Shown: piece after piece, positions 19,469 to 28,020 of the stretch
Position numbering within the stretch: position 1 is the stretch's first letter
Layout of the letters: each line of letters opens with the position of its first letter
Assembly: GCA_964501365.1 (NCBI GenBank)
Contig: CAZCST010000009.1
Span: 45,977 to 109,976, forward strand
Source: an uncultured Phycisphaera sp.
Lineage (GTDB): Bacteria; Planctomycetota; Phycisphaerae; UBA1845
Length of the DNA: 64,000 nucleotides
Reading direction: 5' to 3'
Made by a program: the position numbers and the translations under genes
The notes under the pieces: model-generated
Databases searched by the model: none
What the model was told of the DNA's origin: nothing
What the model saw: only the letters and a program-made list of their open reading frames with translations

Positions 19469-20104
19469 CTATTTGCGACCTCGAATGTAAACGTAGGTCG
19501 TCAGGGATTTGGGAAGGAATTTCGGCGTGTATTCCACAGACTCGATGTTGAATCGCTCGCCCATCAGCGCCAGCACCTGACGCTCGGTCGTCACATGGTA
19601 CTTGCCGATGTTGCACCCCAGGGCGTAGAGCGCCGAGTTCATCAGAATATTCACTCCGGGCACGCCCACCACGTAGCATCCGCCAGGACGCAATACGCGA
19701 TACACTTCGCCGAAGGCCTTTCTTTGCTGTTCGTAAGGCAGTTCTTCGTGAACGCTAATCGCCATCGCAGAGTCATACATCTCGTCCGCGTAGGGCAGGG
19801 ACGTAACCGATCCCTGTCGCAGGTTCATGCGAATGCCGGTCCCCGTGAAGCTCGCCGCAACTTGATTCGCCTGGTCGTGTACATCAAGCCCGTAAATTTC
19901 CTCGAATTTTTGCGCCGCATTGAGAAAGGAAACGCCGCTGCCATATCCAATTTCCAGCAGCCGTGATCCGCCCGGCAGGAGGTCCACGCAGCGCGCAACG
20001 CGCTTGCAGTACAGCCGCCCGACAAAGGGCAGGCGGTAGTACCGGATGGGGTCCGCCTTACTCGTCCAGGCGTATTGCCTGGCGCTCAACATTTGAAGTT
20101 CCAT
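19469..20104 (-). CDS. class I SAM-dependent methyltransferase
   Basis: LLEIGYGSG, YGLD, LPYAD..YD, VLRPGG. Confidence 0.88.
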   Translation of the reverse strand: MELQMLSARQYAWTSKADPIRYYRLPFVGRLYCKRVARCVDLLPGGSRLLEIGYGSGVSFLNAAQKFEEIYGLDVHDQANQVAASFTGTGIRMNLRQGSVTSLPYADEMYDSAMAISVHEELPYEQQRKAFGEVYRVLRPGGCYVVGVPGVNILMNSALYALGCNIGKYHVTTERQVLALMGERFNIESVEYTPKFLPKSLTTYVYIRGRK

Positions 20105-20276
20105 GGGCGTCCTTCGATGGAAAAGAGGAAGTTGAGTCCCTTCCGGATATATCGGACGATGCCTAGGTGCAATTGATTAGACCTTGTCGAGTTATCGGGA
20201 TTTCGATTTATCAGACCTCAGCGCCTGCCGATATTTCCCATGAAACCCGTAAGCGAGGATTCTCGAAGGACCTGGC

Positions 20277-20960
20277 GTGCAATCACTAACCAACCGACAA
20301 ATTGCCCAAATCTTCGAACAAGCGGCCGATTCCTACGACGCACGCAGCAACCCATACACGATGCGCCGCCGCGCCGAAGCACTGGCCGCGCATGCGCATG
20401 GCGTTACGATTGAAGTTGGCGGTGGCACCGCAGCCGTATTAGCGGCCATGCCCGATCGGTCGAATTCGTTCCACTCCGACATCGCCTTTCCCATGTGCCG
20501 CCTGGCCCGCTCCAAAGTCCACCGCCCCACGGCCTGTTTCGATGCCGAACAAATCCCTCTGGCCGACTTATCAGTGAATACGGTCGTTAGCGCAGAGATG
20601 ATCTACTATCTGCGCCGCCCGCAGCGTCTCATGTCCGAGGCCTTTCGAATTTTGCGGCCCGGCGGAAAACTAATTCTCTCGACCACCAATCCCGTGATGA
20701 CCTTGCTGGAACGTGGCCGGTCTATACTTCGAAAACTTGGTTTTCCCGGCATGTTTTTCGACGACGGCTCCCCGCGATTCCCGTCGCTTTCGAAGCTAAC
20801 GGGACAACTGACCGATGCCGGATTCGAGGTGGAATCCACCTGTGGAATCGTGCCCCTTCCCTTCCGATTCTGCCACTGGTTGAACCGGATTCTGGAACGT
20901 ACTCCGCTCCACCGCTTTGGCCTCTTCCTGATCATCACCGCCCGCAAGCCACATCGGTAA
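20277..20960 (+). CDS. class I SAM-dependent methyltransferase
   Basis: TIEVGGGT, DAEQIPL, ILRPGGKLIL; GTG start. Confidence 0.85.
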   Translation: MQSLTNRQIAQIFEQAADSYDARSNPYTMRRRAEALAAHAHGVTIEVGGGTAAVLAAMPDRSNSFHSDIAFPMCRLARSKVHRPTACFDAEQIPLADLSVNTVVSAEMIYYLRRPQRLMSEAFRILRPGGKLILSTTNPVMTLLERGRSILRKLGFPGMFFDDGSPRFPSLSKLTGQLTDAGFEVESTCGIVPLPFRFCHWLNRILERTPLHRFGLFLIITARKPHR

Positions 20961-20983
20961 TCCGAATACGCACCCGGCGAAGC

Positions 20984-21010
20984 CCGCTCCCTTCCAGGGA
21001 GTAGAGGGGG
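20984..21010. repeat. degenerate CTCCC/GGGAG palindromic element
   Basis: ctccc-ttcca-gggag-tagaggggg in intergenic spacer. Confidence 0.45.
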
Positions 21011-21076
21011 CGAAAGCTGGAAATGCCGTCTCATCGTGTGCTTTCGCAAACATCGAGACCAAGTACACTCTCTCTC

Positions 21077-21676
21077 ATGCGTTCCGACATCACCATGATG
21101 CGAGCGGATCAGCTCGACCCGTCCCGTGCCTTGTTGCTGGTCATCGACATGCAGGAGAAGCTCATGCCGCTGATTATCGATCAACAGCGTGTGACCGCGT
21201 CGGCCTGCAAGATGATTCGGGCGGCGAAGATTCTCGAATTGCCCATGATCGCCACCGAGCAATATCCGAGGGGAATTGGCGTGACGATTCCAGCGGTTCG
21301 TGAGGTTTTGGCGGGCTGCCGGGTCCAAACGCTGGAGAAACCGACTTTCAGCGCCTGGGCGGATCCGCACGTCCGCAAGGCGATTCTCGAACTGGACCGC
21401 CCTCAGATCATCATCGTTGGCGTTGAGTCCCACGTCTGCGTACAACAATCATCGCTCGATCTCGCATCGCGCGACTACGACGTGTTTATCTGCGCGGATG
21501 CCGTCGGCTCGCGCGGCCGGATCGATCACGACTGTGCCTTGCAGCGTATGAGACAAAACCGCGCCGTCGTGTCGACAGTTGAGAGCGTGATCTTCGAACT
21601 GTGCCAGAGCAGCGCCGCTCCGCGATTCAAAGCGCTGCTCGAGATCATCAAATCCTCGCCGCCTCCGAAAGACTAG
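21077..21676 (+). CDS. isochorismatase-family hydrolase
   Basis: ALLLVIDMQEKL, TEQYPRGIG, EKPTFSAW, GVESHVCVQQS; start uncertain (21023/21077/21095). Confidence 0.9.
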   Translation: MRSDITMMRADQLDPSRALLLVIDMQEKLMPLIIDQQRVTASACKMIRAAKILELPMIATEQYPRGIGVTIPAVREVLAGCRVQTLEKPTFSAWADPHVRKAILELDRPQIIIVGVESHVCVQQSSLDLASRDYDVFICADAVGSRGRIDHDCALQRMRQNRAVVSTVESVIFELCQSSAAPRFKALLEIIKSSPPPKD

Positions 21677-22392
21677 CTCGGATCGACGAAATCCGCGGCC
21701 TCTTTGCCTAAATAGGAATCAATCGCCGCGTGTGCGAGATAAATGAGCGGTGTGATCAGAATCGCTATCGCCAGCTTGTATCCATAGTTTCCCGCCGCAA
21801 CTCGCAAAAAGTCCTCATTGGTCAGCGAATTTCCCGGAACCTTTAAAATCGTCGGAAGCCGGAACGCGATGAAGAGTACAACCAGCGTATCGATCAACTG
21901 GCTGAACACCGTGCTTCCTGTCGCCCGCAGCCACAAAAACCGGTGACCCGTCCGATGCTTGAGCGCCTGAAAAATTACGACGTCCAGAAACTGCGCAATC
22001 AGGAACGCCACCAGCGACCCGGCAATGATCCACATTGATTGTCCGAAGACTTTGCCGAACACCGCATCGGCCACCGGCGAGCGGTCCCATGCAGGCACAA
22101 GCGTTGCCAGAAATAGAATCACGAACGAATAGCTGATCATGCCCACGGCAAGAAAGGTGAGCCGCCGAACGCCCGCCTGGCCAAAATATTCGTTGATCAA
22201 ATCGGTGGTGATGAAGACAACCGGCCAGGGAATGACGCCGATCGAAAGCACAACACTGGGCAGCCTCAGCAAACCCAAGTCCATTTCAGGAATCGCAAAC
22301 AGCTTTCCGCCGGTCAGCTCGCCGAGCAGGGCGTTGGTAAGGAAGAACCCGCCGAGAACAAAAAAGACCATTTGTTTCCGCGTGATCGGCAT
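21673..22392 (-). CDS. queuosine precursor transporter (YhhQ/VUT family)
   Basis: WPVVFITTDLINEYFG, GSLVAFLIAQFLDV, WLRATGSTVFSQLIDT. Confidence 0.9.
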   Translation of the reverse strand: MPITRKQMVFFVLGGFFLTNALLGELTGGKLFAIPEMDLGLLRLPSVVLSIGVIPWPVVFITTDLINEYFGQAGVRRLTFLAVGMISYSFVILFLATLVPAWDRSPVADAVFGKVFGQSMWIIAGSLVAFLIAQFLDVVIFQALKHRTGHRFLWLRATGSTVFSQLIDTLVVLFIAFRLPTILKVPGNSLTNEDFLRVAAGNYGYKLAIAILITPLIYLAHAAIDSYLGKEAADFVDPS

Positions 22393-22424
22393 GGCCGGTT
22401 TATACCTTGCTTCCGCGAAAATCC

Positions 22425-23027
22425 CTATCCCGTAAACTCTTGGACCGTGGAATTTTGCGCCCGCCACCGATCAATCACCGGCTTCAACTTCACGACGATT
22501 CGCGCTTCGTCGCCAGTGACAAACCTCAGAATCGTCCGATTGATGACGACTCTGGCCCGAGGATGCGTGATGCGCGGCAATAAGCGGGCCGTCTGCTCGT
22601 CTTCGGGTAAATACTGCTCAAACCCGCCGTCGTCGAAATCTCCCGACATCTCAAATGGGTACCGAATCTCCAATTCCCGAGAGGGAAAGCTCACATTTCC
22701 AAAGGGTCCAAAAACCAGTTGAAGGGAATCGTGATTGGCCTGCACCCCCAGCGGCGAAAACCACACGAGAGCAAGCAGATGCCGAAGCGCACGCGCAGCG
22801 CAGACAAATGTCAGGATCACCAGCGGCAATGCCGCAATCGCAATCGCGTAATCGACGATACCATTGGAAACCGCCGTGCGGGCAAAGCTCAGGCGGCTGT
22901 AAATCACGAACACGCCAGCGCCAAGTAACAACGTTGGAACAGCCCAGAGCACCGCCCGCGTCGCCGCCCGTCCCCTGGATAAGGGGATAAAAACCGACAG
23001 AGTGGATGCTGATTGTGTCGAATTCAA
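22425..23027 (-). CDS. hypothetical membrane protein
   Basis: two hydrophobic segments then acidic/soluble domain; co-oriented with flanking genes. Confidence 0.6.
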   Translation of the reverse strand: MNSTQSASTLSVFIPLSRGRAATRAVLWAVPTLLLGAGVFVIYSRLSFARTAVSNGIVDYAIAIAALPLVILTFVCAARALRHLLALVWFSPLGVQANHDSLQLVFGPFGNVSFPSRELEIRYPFEMSGDFDDGGFEQYLPEDEQTARLLPRITHPRARVVINRTILRFVTGDEARIVVKLKPVIDRWRAQNSTVQEFTG

Positions 23028-23067
23028 TTACCCAATTACCACACTTCGCAATCGCCGCATCGCCAGA

Positions 23068-25110
23068 TCAAATCATCACGCGTCGGTTATAGACGATCCA
23101 TTCCAGCAGCAGCAATCCCAACAGCCCCAGCAGGAAATACCGCCATGCAGGTCGATTGATCTCCACCGAGGCGGTCTGAGGCTTGGCCCCTCCCGCTCCA
23201 ACGGTGAGCGATTTTACCGGAGTAACGTTGCTCTCCACAGCATTAAAGAGATTTACCGCAAAGGCGTCCTGCCCTGACGCCGCAGGATCAACACGGTAGA
23301 CGCCAACCTGCCGCGTGCGCCCGTAATGGACCGATTGCTGCTGTCCGGAGCTGACCTGATCGGTGGTTCCATCGGGCCGGGTGATTGTAAGGGTGGTGTC
23401 AGCAGCGGCCAGGAGCGTCAAAGGCTCGCCGGGCAGCACGCTGCGCTTGCCCACCAGTGATTGATTCGACGCGAGAAACTGGACTGCATTTTGCATAAAG
23501 ATCACGAAATCAAGCTTGATCGGCCAGTCGGTGTTGAAACGCGTCGCGCCTTTTTCGTCGCGGATGACGAGGGGGAACGCGCTGATCAAGTATTGACTTG
23601 CGTTACGCGTCAGGTGAACCAAAACCGGAGACGATTCCCCGTCGATGATGGACTTCGCCTCGGGAGGCAGCTTTAGCGAATACCACTCCAGCACATCGAT
23701 CGCATCCACCGCGATATATCGCAGGATCGGGTGCGTTTCATCCCAATCGAACAGGATTTCGTTCTTGATCGGTTCTCCCATGGAGACGCCTTCGATCTGC
23801 GGAACCGCACCCCAGAAAAAATAATTACCCTGCGGAAGCCGGGCCGTGGAATGTCGATCAAGAATCACGACGTCGAAGAGGCTGCGTTTTTCGGCTGCAA
23901 TCTGATTTTCGCCCGCGCCCTCATATTCCGCCCCGCTCATCTTCACCAATTCCATTTCCGGATTGGTCAGCACGTCCTCAAGGAACAGGTTATCCGGCGA
24001 TACCAGCAGCACGCGAAGCCTGCGCGGCGGATCAATTACGCTCCACGCCCGGTCATCGGCTGTCAAAGCATCATCGACCTTGAGCACGACTTCGACCGCC
24101 CCACCACCGCCAAACTCAATCTGGTCGAAGACAACCAGTTGCGTGTCCGCATCTCCGGGCACTTGGGCCCCGCCCTCATCTCCAGAATTGGATCCGTTAT
24201 TTGCGGGTGCAGCGGGGGCAAGGTGCAGCGTTTTTTCGTCCACGCTTCGTCCATCGATGTAAAGGGTCACATCCGCCGTCACCGGTTCGCGGCCAAAATT
24301 CCGCACGCCGGCAGTAACCTCCAGAAAGTTTGGCCGCTCATAATTTCTCCTTGCGGCCATCTGCAGAATCCCCACGTTGTCCGATCGCTCTCCCACTGTC
24401 GTGACTCGCATCTGTGATGGATCAATCTGGCGAAACGGAGTTTTCTCCGAGTCCTCAATCCTCCCGTCGGAAAAGAGAAAAACCGAGGCTGTCGGCGCGG
24501 CCGACATAGGCGCACCCACATCGGCCCCCGGTGCCTCACCCCCGATAATCAGGTTTTGCGAATACGCCTCCGCGAGCGTAATGGCTTCCGTAAGGGACGA
24601 TGTGCTCTGCGTTTGCTCGATTGAATCAATTTTCCGCTTGATCGCTTGCTTGTCCGTATCAAACGAACCCACGACATTTCCGCGATCGGAAAATGCAATC
24701 ACCATGGCCCGCGCGTCGTCGGACATCGCGTCCACGACGTTTTTCGCCTGTTCCTTGGCCTGCTCAAGCCGCGTGACCCCGCCTTTTTCGAGCACCGACA
24801 TGGAGGCCGACTGATCCACGAGGAGGATTAGGGTTCCTTCGTGCTTCTGGGCCGCCTGAAACATGGGCTTGCCCAATGCGATCGCGGCCAGAGTGAGGAC
24901 CAAGAGCTGCAACAACAGCAACAAGCTCTTGCGAAGCCGTTGAAACGGCGCGTTGACCCGAAGGTCTTCAATTGCCTTTTTCCAAAGGAGAGTAGACGGA
25001 ACCAACCGGACGGTTCGCTTGAGCTTGAGGAAGTACAAGGCGACCAGCGGCGGGATGGTCAGCGCTGCGGCCACTGCGATCGTGATGGGATCGAGAAACT
25101 TCACCGCCAA
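23068..25110 (-). CDS. BatA-domain + vWA membrane protein
   Basis: LYFLKLKR...VPSTLLW..LRKSLLLLLQLL (BatA-like), LVDQSASM MIDAS, C-terminal TM anchor. Confidence 0.88.
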   Translation of the reverse strand: MAVKFLDPITIAVAAALTIPPLVALYFLKLKRTVRLVPSTLLWKKAIEDLRVNAPFQRLRKSLLLLLQLLVLTLAAIALGKPMFQAAQKHEGTLILLVDQSASMSVLEKGGVTRLEQAKEQAKNVVDAMSDDARAMVIAFSDRGNVVGSFDTDKQAIKRKIDSIEQTQSTSSLTEAITLAEAYSQNLIIGGEAPGADVGAPMSAAPTASVFLFSDGRIEDSEKTPFRQIDPSQMRVTTVGERSDNVGILQMAARRNYERPNFLEVTAGVRNFGREPVTADVTLYIDGRSVDEKTLHLAPAAPANNGSNSGDEGGAQVPGDADTQLVVFDQIEFGGGGAVEVVLKVDDALTADDRAWSVIDPPRRLRVLLVSPDNLFLEDVLTNPEMELVKMSGAEYEGAGENQIAAEKRSLFDVVILDRHSTARLPQGNYFFWGAVPQIEGVSMGEPIKNEILFDWDETHPILRYIAVDAIDVLEWYSLKLPPEAKSIIDGESSPVLVHLTRNASQYLISAFPLVIRDEKGATRFNTDWPIKLDFVIFMQNAVQFLASNQSLVGKRSVLPGEPLTLLAAADTTLTITRPDGTTDQVSSGQQQSVHYGRTRQVGVYRVDPAASGQDAFAVNLFNAVESNVTPVKSLTVGAGGAKPQTASVEINRPAWRYFLLGLLGLLLLEWIVYNRRVMI

Positions 25111-25282
25111 TCACACTACCCACGATTCTCTGACCGTCAAACTGAGGCCGAGTGACGAGCCGCATGAATCGCTTGGATTTATCACCAGGAACAAAGTGAC
25201 GGGTCTGTGCGACGAGATGCTTCGCATCGCTCAGCATGTCACTGGCGCCCGATTATTGACCCCCCGCCATTCGATATTCAAC

Positions 25283-25314
25283 AAAAAAGGCACCGGCAAG
25301 ATTGCCGGTGCCTT
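25283..25314 (-). terminator. intrinsic terminator of csp gene
   Basis: aaggcaccggcaa-tc-ttgccggtgcctt followed by T-run on minus strand. Confidence 0.85.
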
Positions 25315-25339
25315 CGCGTTAGTCTGATTGCAGACGCGG

Positions 25340-25543
25340 CTACCCGATCACTTTGACCTGCGCCGCCTTCGGTCCTTTCTCGCCCTTGGTCAGTTCGAAC
25401 TGCACCCGAGCGCCTTCCTGGAGACTCCGATACCCATCGGTCTGAATCTCCGTCTGATGGACGAAAACATCGCCCCCATCATCCGACTGGATGAACCCAA
25501 AGCCCTTTGTGTTGTTAAACCACTTGACTGTACCTTCCGGCAT
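25340..25543 (-). CDS. csp: cold-shock protein (CspA family)
   Basis: [15 protein letters not shown] (RNP1), DVFVH (RNP2); start ATG 25543. Confidence 0.96.
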   Translation of the reverse strand: MPEGTVKWFNNTKGFGFIQSDDGGDVFVHQTEIQTDGYRSLQEGARVQFELTKGEKGPKAAQVKVIG

Positions 25544-25641
25544 GTGACGACCTCTACTTCTTGGCACCCCCGGACCCTGGCCGTTGGAAACAAACACTGC
25601 TCCTACCAAAACCGGCACAGGAACCCGTAGTGCGATTCTGC

Positions 25642-25670
25642 ATTATCGCCCAAATTAAAGCCTAAGTCAA
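25642..25670 (-). promoter_or_regulatory. putative sigma70 promoter of csp
   Basis: TTGACT (25670-25665) - 17 nt - GATAAT (25647-25642); implies ~90-nt 5' UTR. Confidence 0.6.
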
Positions 25671-25828
25671 CGAAAATCCCAAACGGGCATAAACTGCGAA
25701 TCCTGCCGGTAATCCGAGTGGCTGGCACCCCCATTTCCTGTACAGACTTGCCATCCGTTGTTCGCTCCCCAGGCGCGGGCTACACTCCATGCCTTGGGCC
25801 ACTCGTAGTCAAAACCGGAGAAAGCAAA

Positions 25829-26365
25829 ATGACCCCGTCGCCGCTGAATTTGAAGAAATGGATTGAGGAAAACCGCCACTTGCTCCGCCCGCCGGTGGGT
25901 AATCAATACCTGTATAGAGGCACAGATTTCTTCGTTATGGTCGTCGGCGGCCCCAACGCCCGCAACGACTTCCACGTCACCAAGTCTGAGGAATTCTTCT
26001 ATCAGGTCAAGGGCGACATCGTCGTCCGCACCCGCGAGAACGGAAAGATCATTGATCACAAGGTCCGCGAGGGCGACACCTTCTTCACCCCGCCCAACGT
26101 CCCACACTCGCCGCAGCGCCCGCCAGATACCATCGGCATCGTCGTCGAGCGCGTCCGCCCGCCGGACGAGATGGAACACCTTGTGTTTTACTGCGAGAAA
26201 TGCGGCGAGCTGGTGTGCGACATCGAGTTTGCCTGCAAGGATATTGTCGAGCATTTCCGCGAGACGATGGAGGCCTTCTGGAAGGACGACAAACGCCGGG
26301 CCTGCAAAAAGTGCGGCACCAAAGTCCCCAAACCCGGCCCGGTCTCGACGCTGCCGTCGTGTTAA
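25829..26365 (+). CDS. nbaC: 3-hydroxyanthranilate 3,4-dioxygenase
   Basis: LKKWIEENRHLLRPPVGN, VGGPNARNDFH, EEFFYQVKGD, VPHSPQRP, CEKC...CKKC rubredoxin-like site. Confidence 0.93.
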   Translation: MTPSPLNLKKWIEENRHLLRPPVGNQYLYRGTDFFVMVVGGPNARNDFHVTKSEEFFYQVKGDIVVRTRENGKIIDHKVREGDTFFTPPNVPHSPQRPPDTIGIVVERVRPPDEMEHLVFYCEKCGELVCDIEFACKDIVEHFRETMEAFWKDDKRRACKKCGTKVPKPGPVSTLPSC

Positions 26366-27453
26366 CGTATCGCATTCTCGATGCCAACTTCAACCGCTCG
26401 CGAGAGGCGTTGCGGGTGATGGAGGAGTTTGCGCGGTTTGTGCTCGACGATGCAAGCCTTTCGGCAGCTATCAAAGGAGTCCGGCATGATCTCGCCGCAG
26501 CCGTCAAGAAACTGGCCGACTTACCCGCAACATCGCCATATCGCCACATCGCCATATCATCACATAATCTGGTCGCTCACCGGGACATCCTGGGAGATGT
26601 CGGCACAACGATAACAACGCCAACCGAATCAAAGCGAGCGGGCGAAACCGAAGTCCTAACCGCCGCCTGCAAACGTCTCACGGAATCGCTGCGGTGCCTC
26701 GAGGAATACGGGAAGATCATCGACGGTGGGTTCGCCGCGCAAATCGAGCAACTTCGCTACCGCGCCTATGACCTTGAGCGGCGGTTGTTTGCGACGATCG
26801 GTGCGCGGCAGAAATTCGCGGGCGTTCGGCTGTACGTCCTGATGACCGAATCTCTATGCCAGTCCGATTGGTTTGAAACGGCTAGCGCCGCACTCGAAGG
26901 CGGAGCGGACTGCATCCAGCTCCGTGAAAAGAACCTGACAGACAGCGAATTGCTCGACCGCGCCCAACGCCTCGCCCAGCTTTGCCGCGACAAAGAAAAA
27001 ATCTTCATCGTCAACGACCGCCCCGACATCGCGGTCGCGGCCAGCGCCCACGGCGTTCACCTTGGCCAGGACGACCTACCTGTGGCGGCCGCTCGCCGAC
27101 TCCTGCCCGCGCACATGATCGTCGGCCTCAGCACCCACACCATCGAGCAGGTTGATGCCGCCATCGCTCAGGCCCCGGACTGCATCGCCGTCGGCCCCAT
27201 GTTCGCCTCCCCCACCAAGCCCCAGCCTCACATCGCTGGTCCTGCCCTGCTCGCCGAGGCCCGAAAACGCACCGCGCTTCCGCTGGTCGCCATCGGCGGC
27301 ATCGACGAAAGAAATATCTCCACCGTCCTAACCGTCGCTTCCGCGTGCATCTGCGTCTGTCGCGCGGTCATCTCCCAGTCCGACCCCGCCAATGCCGCTC
27401 GCCGCCTTCGCGATAAAATCGAAGCCAATCAAGCCAGGGCCTCCTCACTCTGA
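26359..27453 (+). CDS. thiE: thiamine-phosphate synthase with N-terminal ThiD2-type domain
   Basis: RILDANFNRSREALRVMEE N-domain; IQLREK, FIVNDRPD, GVHLGQDD, STH, PTKP, VAIGGI; start approximate. Confidence 0.92.
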   Translation: MLTYRILDANFNRSREALRVMEEFARFVLDDASLSAAIKGVRHDLAAAVKKLADLPATSPYRHIAISSHNLVAHRDILGDVGTTITTPTESKRAGETEVLTAACKRLTESLRCLEEYGKIIDGGFAAQIEQLRYRAYDLERRLFATIGARQKFAGVRLYVLMTESLCQSDWFETASAALEGGADCIQLREKNLTDSELLDRAQRLAQLCRDKEKIFIVNDRPDIAVAASAHGVHLGQDDLPVAAARRLLPAHMIVGLSTHTIEQVDAAIAQAPDCIAVGPMFASPTKPQPHIAGPALLAEARKRTALPLVAIGGIDERNISTVLTVASACICVCRAVISQSDPANAARRLRDKIEANQARASSL

Positions 27454-27508
27454 GCGCAGCGAAGAATCTCCGGCAGCCAAAGATCCATCGCCCTGCTCAG
27501 GATGACGG
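27444..27508. repeat. CGTC/TGTC-type REP-like palindrome overlapping thiE stop
   Basis: tcactctgagcgcagcgaagaatct ... agatccatcgccctgctcaggatgacg. Confidence 0.75.
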
Positions 27509-27748
27509 GACGTTTTCGCATCCGCGCAAACTGGGGTTCGCGGCTCGACCCGTGATAAGCTGGAAACTCGCAGGGCGGATTATCGACCCGACGCGCCACC
27601 TTCCGAAAAAACACTCGATTCAGCCGCACTGACCCCGCAACGGAAATTGCTCAAACCTTTCTTACAGGCTCTACGCGCCACGCCGATAGAACAAGATACT
27701 CAACTGATGAAACGTTCGCGTTGCGCCTCTTCCGGGCCATCGTTTGCG

Positions 27749-27777
27749 TTGACTCGTCACAGTGTGAGTTCTAAACT
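27749..27777 (+). promoter_or_regulatory. putative sigma70 promoter of yeaG operon
   Basis: TTGACT - 17 nt - TAAACT. Confidence 0.6.
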
Positions 27778-27878
27778 TAGTCAGATAAAATCGTAAAAAC
27801 GAGTTTATCTGCGAAGAAAACGGCTCGGATCGTGCGGAATCGCCAGGACACCCGCCCGTCCGAATCTGCTGGGAATGC

Positions 27879-27978
27879 AGTCATCCTGATCGCAGCGAAG
27901 GATCAGACGTTTTTGATCGAGAATCTTCGCTTCAGATTGACGATCTCCGGAGGATTCCCAGCTCCGCTCAGAATGACA
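27879..27978. repeat. CGTC/TGTC-type REP-like palindrome in yeaG leader
   Basis: gtcatcctgatcgcagcgaaggatc ... gctccgctcagaatgaca. Confidence 0.75.
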
Positions 27979-28020
27979 GCCGCTTGAGGCGCAAATGGGC
28001 GCCCAATGGAGGTTTCGGCG

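Noticed and set aside
26200-26358. ORF-track N-terminal extensions (thiE from 26200, nusA from 8240, plsX from 15982, csp from 25618, gspG from 41357, giant protein from 50067)
   Set aside because: They overlap other genes or repeats; family N-termini, signal peptides and RBS/overlap patterns support downstream starts.
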